Part shown: in pieces, positions 38,980 to 40,404 of the stretch
Numbering within the stretch: position 1 is the first letter of the stretch
Layout: the number at the start of each line of letters is the position of its first letter
Assembly: GCA_047602745.1 (NCBI GenBank)
Contig: JBLKOJ010000006.1
Coordinates: forward strand, 1-40,404
Source of the DNA: Candidatus Woesearchaeota archaeon
GTDB lineage: Archaea > Nanobdellota > Nanobdellia > Woesearchaeales > UBA583
Direction: 5' to 3'
Length of the DNA stretch: 40,404 bases
Made by a program: the position numbers and the translations under genes
Notes under the pieces: model-generated
The model's database searches: none
What the model was told of the DNA's origin: nothing
What the model saw: only the letters and a program-made list of their open reading frames with translations

Positions 38980-39690
38980 ATGTCAACAATTAAACAACAT
39001 CAAGAGATGGGATATGATAGGTCTGTTGGAATGTTTTCCCCAGATGGATTAATTTTGCAAGTAGAATATGCCGAAAAAGCTGTTCAGTTAGGTTCAACCG
39101 TACTTGCTATCACTACAAAAGAAGGAGTGGTTTTTATAGGAGATAGGAAAATAGCTTCAAAACTCTTAGTAAAAGAATCATTAAAAAAAGTATTTCAAAT
39201 TGAGGATCATATTGCAGTAACGGGGGCTGGTGCAATGAGTGATGGGAGAAGATTAATCGAGCATTCTCAGTACATCGCTCAAGATCACCATACAAAGTAT
39301 CAAATTCCAATTGATACATTAGTTATGGTAAAAGAAATTGCAAACATTCAACAGCATTATTCTCAAAGTGGGGGGCTTAGACCTTTTGGTGTTGCATTAT
39401 TGGTAGGAGGATTTGAAGGTGGAAAAGCTCATTTATATCAAACAACACCTAGTGGGATGTATATGAAATTTTTGGCAAGAAGCGTAGGTTCACATGCTCA
39501 AAAAGTAAATGAACATTTGGAAAAAGAATATAAAGAAAATTTAACTTTGGAAAAAGGGGTTGAATTGGGAGTAAAAGCCTTCAAGCAATCTTTAGAAAGT
39601 GATTTTGATATAAGTAGGCTTGATATTGCTACATTGACAGGAGAAGGATTTAATAGATTTGATGAGAGTAAAATTAAAAAATTAATATAG
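38980..39690 (+). CDS. psmA: 20S proteasome alpha subunit
   Basis: YDRSVGMFSPDGLILQVEYA, GGLRPFGVALL. Confidence 0.97.
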   Translation: MSTIKQHQEMGYDRSVGMFSPDGLILQVEYAEKAVQLGSTVLAITTKEGVVFIGDRKIASKLLVKESLKKVFQIEDHIAVTGAGAMSDGRRLIEHSQYIAQDHHTKYQIPIDTLVMVKEIANIQQHYSQSGGLRPFGVALLVGGFEGGKAHLYQTTPSGMYMKFLARSVGSHAQKVNEHLEKEYKENLTLEKGVELGVKAFKQSLESDFDISRLDIATLTGEGFNRFDESKIKKLI

Positions 39691-39745
39691 TAATTATTAG
39701 GTAGTTGTAACAACAATTTAAATCATTTTTAAATTTAGAATTTTT

Positions 39746-40198
39746 ATGAGAAAAATACTAGTAATTTCAACAATAATGTTATGCATATTTTCTTTTATCT
39801 ATGCAGATAGTAATGGAATCTGGACATATCCCGAAGATATTAAAGCAGGAGTTTTTGGAGCTCGTGAAAATTTAGCAGAAACTGAATATTTCACATTTAA
39901 TAACGAGGTATACTTTAATAAGGATATTGAATTGAGGTCTAACTTAATAATTGGAGATGAAGGTCATATAATTTCACAAAATTTAAATAGCTTAGTTCTA
40001 TTTCCAAATCGTATGGGTAGTGGTAGTTTTCGAATTAGAAGTCATGAAAATGGGGCTAATCTACGAACGGACTTTATTATAGATAGTTCTGGAAATTCAG
40101 AAATGCATGGAAATTTACGTTTAGCTGGAGGAACTTTAACTGCAAATAGAATAATAAGTAATTCACCAAATGGTAATGTAGTAATTCAACTAGGTTAA
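39746..40198 (+). CDS. Small secreted beta-strand-rich protein
   Basis: Signal peptide ending SFIYA; GIWTYPEDIKAGVFG; Gly-rich short beta repeats; ends NVVIQLG. Confidence 0.55.
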   Translation: MRKILVISTIMLCIFSFIYADSNGIWTYPEDIKAGVFGARENLAETEYFTFNNEVYFNKDIELRSNLIIGDEGHIISQNLNSLVLFPNRMGSGSFRIRSHENGANLRTDFIIDSSGNSEMHGNLRLAGGTLTANRIISNSPNGNVVIQLG

Positions 40199-40404
40199 TT
40201 AATGAGTCTTGGGACTTGGTATTTACATAATTTGAATAGATGAGAATTTTTTCAGATTATTTTGAATATATATTAAATATGTAATTAATGATGATAACAA
40301 TTATTGTAATGTAAATGTTATTAAATATATGAGAAATGAATGTTATACAAATTAGTTCCCAGATATTAATACTTAGTATAAGTTTAATACTATCAATAAA
40401 TTTA

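Noticed and set aside
2674-39716. Short ORFs (61-125 aa) antisense to or nested in longer genes, e.g. 5394-5597, 10234-10611, 17110-17430, 37474-37680, 38014-38232
   Set aside because: They overlap well-supported genes and have no motifs; they are expected shadow ORFs
1-40404. tRNA, rRNA, CRISPR array, transposase, integrase or defence system
   Set aside because: No GC-rich structured segments, regularly spaced direct repeats or recognisable motifs found by eye; tRNAscan and Infernal were not run

Overview
Very AT-rich, gene-dense archaeal chromosome segment. It is most consistent with a DPANN archaeon (Woesearchaeota/Nanoarchaeota-like); this is inferred from archaeal-type ribosomal proteins, Rpo3, thermosome, proteasome alpha, archaeal PheS and PGK, and fragmented operons. 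Housekeeping content: a rearranged uS13-uS4-uS11-Rpo3-uL13-uS9-eS27 operon, stand-alone uL15, a uL11-eS31 pair (eS27 and eS31 are missing from the ORF track), aMBF1, TrmB, glucan phosphorylase, PheS and PsmA. Notable points: (i) a Cys-rich exported protein family present as a 1671-aa protein and as a collinear paralog split into two separately exported genes (913 aa + 233 aa) in an operon with a polytopic membrane protein; (ii) a phosphoglycerate kinase-PfkB kinase fusion; (iii) a Hel308 helicase lacking its whole N-terminal ATPase domain but with its own promoter-like box; (iv) archaellum genes (ArlC-ArlD/E fusion, ArlH) and pilin-like genes dispersed among housekeeping genes; (v) palindromic TATA boxes centred between divergent genes. 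No rRNA, tRNA, CRISPR array or mobile element was recognised.
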